Source: Anthoceros angustus (lineage: Eukaryota > Plantae > Anthocerotophyta). Taken from it: DNA of 64,000 nucleotides. Shown one piece after another: positions 61,253 to 64,000 of this stretch. Location of the stretch: positions 3,373,478-3,437,477 of the forward strand of contig MU008158.1 of assembly GCA_010909165.1 (NCBI GenBank), given 5' to 3'. The position numbers and the translations under genes are program-made. Below the pieces are notes generated by a model that searched no databases, was not told the origin of the DNA, and saw only the letters and a program-made list of their open reading frames with translations. Within the stretch, counting starts at the first letter, position 1. Every line of letters starts with the position of its first letter.

Positions 61253-63084
61253 TTAACTCCTGCCCCTTGTAAATTGTTCATAGGCAAACCATAAGACAGC
61301 GCCAAGGCTAGTCTCCACTGCCAAATTCCTGAAGAACTGCACAACCTTCTCATTACTATCCTTCGTTGCTCGCACACCCACGAGATCCTGAAATCGGAGT
61401 TGCTCTTGGTTGTATTTCAACGCATACACAACACCTCGCAAGTGACCCCGCCCCATCACACCAACGACTTTCGAGCATCCATTGACAGCCTTGCTTCGCT
61501 TCAATGACCACGCTAGATACTGCCAACACCACAGACAATGAGCAACTAGCCTCCCATGATCTCTCTTTTGCACGATCACAAGTAATGCAAAAGCACGGAG
61601 ACAGTACCACATCACGCTCATACACCAATGCTGGCAGCAAGGAAGGGAACTGCTGACTCATGGCCGTGAACATTGCGGAAACTGCATCATCAGACTTCAG
61701 AACCTAACGAGAACAAAAGGAGCTCAAAAGTATTAGCTCCAATGTCCATAATTTGTTGACATCACAGAAAGAATACTACAAGGGATCAGGTACCTCGATA
61801 GCCTCTTCTGAAACCTCAAGTTTGGAAATGAAAATCCCTCGAGTAAGCGTGGTTGCCAACTTCAGCCGCTCAACCCATGAAAGTGCTCTCCATGCCCTTC
61901 GAAGCTGAGCTTGAGCATTCAACAGGCTATGCAACAATGAATCTCAGTGAAATCTAGCGGTGGAAAAGTTAACTGCAACTTCTAAATACTGAAGTAGCGA
62001 GTTCTGCTTGTTTACAGTGATCTCGATGGGCCTGTCACCGAGCACAATCTGAGCGCCAATGTCCTCTGCTGCCTTGCGAGCTGCACGAAACTGAACAAAA
62101 CGGGAAGTAGTAGTTAGGATATTACTTGGATCAGAGTCTTACCAACAAGGGGCTTCTCTCCTTCCGTTCCCTCCTCCTACCCTCTCCAACAAGGAGCTGA
62201 CAGCAGGCAATCCGTGAGGTGGGATCCACGTTACCTCTGCCCCAGTAGCTACACCAGCAGAATCCGATATTTTCTTAGAAGCGGCTCCCAACAGCAACCT
62301 GAGAGCCATAGCCGACCTACCTCCTGCAGTGTGAGATAGAATTTAAGGTTAGACCTCAAAATTGAAGAGCCCTGCCTCCGGAAGAGTCGGACATTGCAGC
62401 AATGTGCTCAATCTTCCATAAGAGGTGACATGAGGTTTGCACCCAGTTGCAGACTCCTTGCCATCGCTGAGCCAAAGCTTTCTCCACCCAGTCCCAAAAG
62501 ATTAGAAGGTTTGTGCGTGAATGCACCCTGCACGGTGCTTGCCACCTCGTCCTCGTACATGATACCTGCCCTGCAGATGGGCATGGACTAGTGAACCTGA
62601 ATCCAGCTCTGAAGCATCACCCACGAACTTGAGCACTTGCTTGCCTGCTTCTGCATAGCTCAACAACAACATTATCGGGGCGTACGGCTTGCAGAACTCG
62701 AGAGACGTCCTGGGCGGAGAGGTAGGACATGTGGGCGGTGCCAACCACAAATACCACCTCCGGCTCTCTGTACCCATCCTGTCTACGCTCCACATAGTCT
62801 GGCGACCTCTTCACGGCAATCAGCGTGCCCTCCTCCACCAGGTCCATGAGCTGCGGGTAGCATTCCTGCACCAGGACCCGGGTTTCCATCTCCACCTCCT
62901 CCCGGAACCTGAAGTCCGCGGGCGGAGGCTCCACCTGCACCACCACTTTCTCAGAATTGCAGCGTGCAGAGAAGCTGAAGGCCGCCCTGCCGGGCAGTGG
63001 CGTGGGACACCAGACTCCCCCTATCCCAAATCCACCACCCCGCCGTAAGGCAGTCGATGAAGGAAGAAGTGCCATTCCTGCCAT
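61253..63084 (-). CDS. TraB/PrgY/TIKI-family protein with a transit-like N-terminus, multi-exon
   Basis: VFVVGTAHMS..VRPDNVVVELCRSR, FRAARKAAE..VLGDRPIEIT, LVYERD..YLAWSLKRSKAVNG..VVGVMGRGHLRG. Confidence 0.9.
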
Positions 63085-63847
63085 CTTCACCTGGGTCGGA
63101 GACTTGTGCTAGAGCAGACAGCAGCCTCCAAATCTCGACTGCCTGTGCCGCACCATCTTCCCTGCTGTTGGAAAGGCTTGGCTACTTGGCCAAGCACACG
63201 CCATTCATTAAGGCCCGCTCTTGATGAACAACAAGTAGAGTTTATAGCATGCAGGTGCACAGGAGATACGTATTGTATGTCATGCAATTGAGACTTGCAA
63301 GCGTGTGTCCTGAACTGGTAGGGCCATGAGATAGCTGCTTCCCCATTTTGATTCCACAATCACTTCAACAGCAACAAGAGAAATTTTATGGACTAAAACA
63401 TGGATGTGAAGCGCTTGCAGACACTGCCTCCAAAGTCATGCACAAGCTACATAAAAAGCTGCCCTTTCAGAGGCTCAGAAGCTGCCCTTACCTCAAGGTA
63501 AACACGCGAAGGGTGCCGTCGTTACCTCTAACCTCGAGCTTAACTTAACTGCAGGTCCTAACTGTTCTGGAGTCTTTTTTCGAGACCTAATAGGTACACC
63601 TACCAGATGAGGCCGAAAACCTTCCACATGTATAATAGAAACCGGCAACAAATACATGTGTAGGTCCATGAATACGATGAATTCGATTCAAGGAATTAGC
63701 CTTGGATCAAAGCGGCCGGTTGCAAAGCTGCTCATCGCTCTGGTGCCGGCCGGTGGTGAAGGGGCGCGGTGCGTGAAGGATTAATAGCATCGTTCCCCTA
63801 CAGATGTCGATTTCAGTGAGTAAGGAGCACTCAAATGCTTTGGCCGG

Positions 63848-63871
63848 AGGGTTTTAAGGCCTTAAACCCTA
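63848..63871. promoter_or_regulatory. Near-palindromic telo-box-containing element upstream of a probable start codon
   Basis: AGGGTTTTAAGGCCTTAAACCCTA contains AAACCCTA. Confidence 0.35.
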
Positions 63872-63898
63872 CCTGAGGTTTGGCGAGGACCAGGAGAG

Positions 63899-64000
63899 AT
63901 GGCAAAGCATAGGCGAAGTGAGGATGCCTCGCCTGCCAACCAACTCAACGACGAGTCCCCGGAGGATTCCGATTACGATCCCAGCAGCGACGTCTCGAGG
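63899..64000 (+). CDS. Possible 5' end of the next gene (MAKHRRSEDASPANQLNDESPEDSDYDP...)
   Basis: ATG in GAGATGG context with an open frame to the window edge; acidic, low-complexity N-terminus. Confidence 0.35.
   Translation, partial: MAKHRRSEDASPANQLNDESPEDSDYDPSSDVSR

Overview
This is eukaryotic land-plant nuclear DNA, gene-dense with short GT-AG introns. It is most likely a hornwort (Anthoceros-like), inferred from a PLS-PPR gene with a PGxS(W)WTD-type C-terminus. From left to right: (1) a decayed MULE/SWIM transposase-like gene split by a 4.07-kb TG..CA-type insertion with a 5-bp TSD; (2) two convergent, apparently intact and divergent ARGONAUTE paralogues with DEDH tetrads that share an unusual NLS-like insertion in PIWI; (3) a G-rich tract, a 5'-truncated Copia element and a RabA pseudogene; (4) an intronless MTI-MTK fusion (methionine-salvage isomerase plus kinase) carrying two frameshifts at identical GCGGGGAGG motifs; (5) a CRE-like non-LTR remnant and a CofD/UPF0052 gene; (6) three phi-class GSTs interspersed with a 3-methyladenine glycosylase, a PLS-PPR with truncated DYW and a candidate orphan small-protein gene; (7) intronless DiT1, a WAK-like kinase fragment and a Gypsy remnant forming a large inverted LTR repeat with AG..CT termini; (8) a TyrP-like transporter, an intronless sphingolipid delta-8 desaturase and a TraB-family gene with a partial downstream duplicate. 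No rRNA, tRNA or CRISPR features were recognised. The best novelty candidates are the AGO pair with its PIWI NLS-like insert and the MTI-MTK fusion. All family assignments come from motif recognition by eye, not from database searches.
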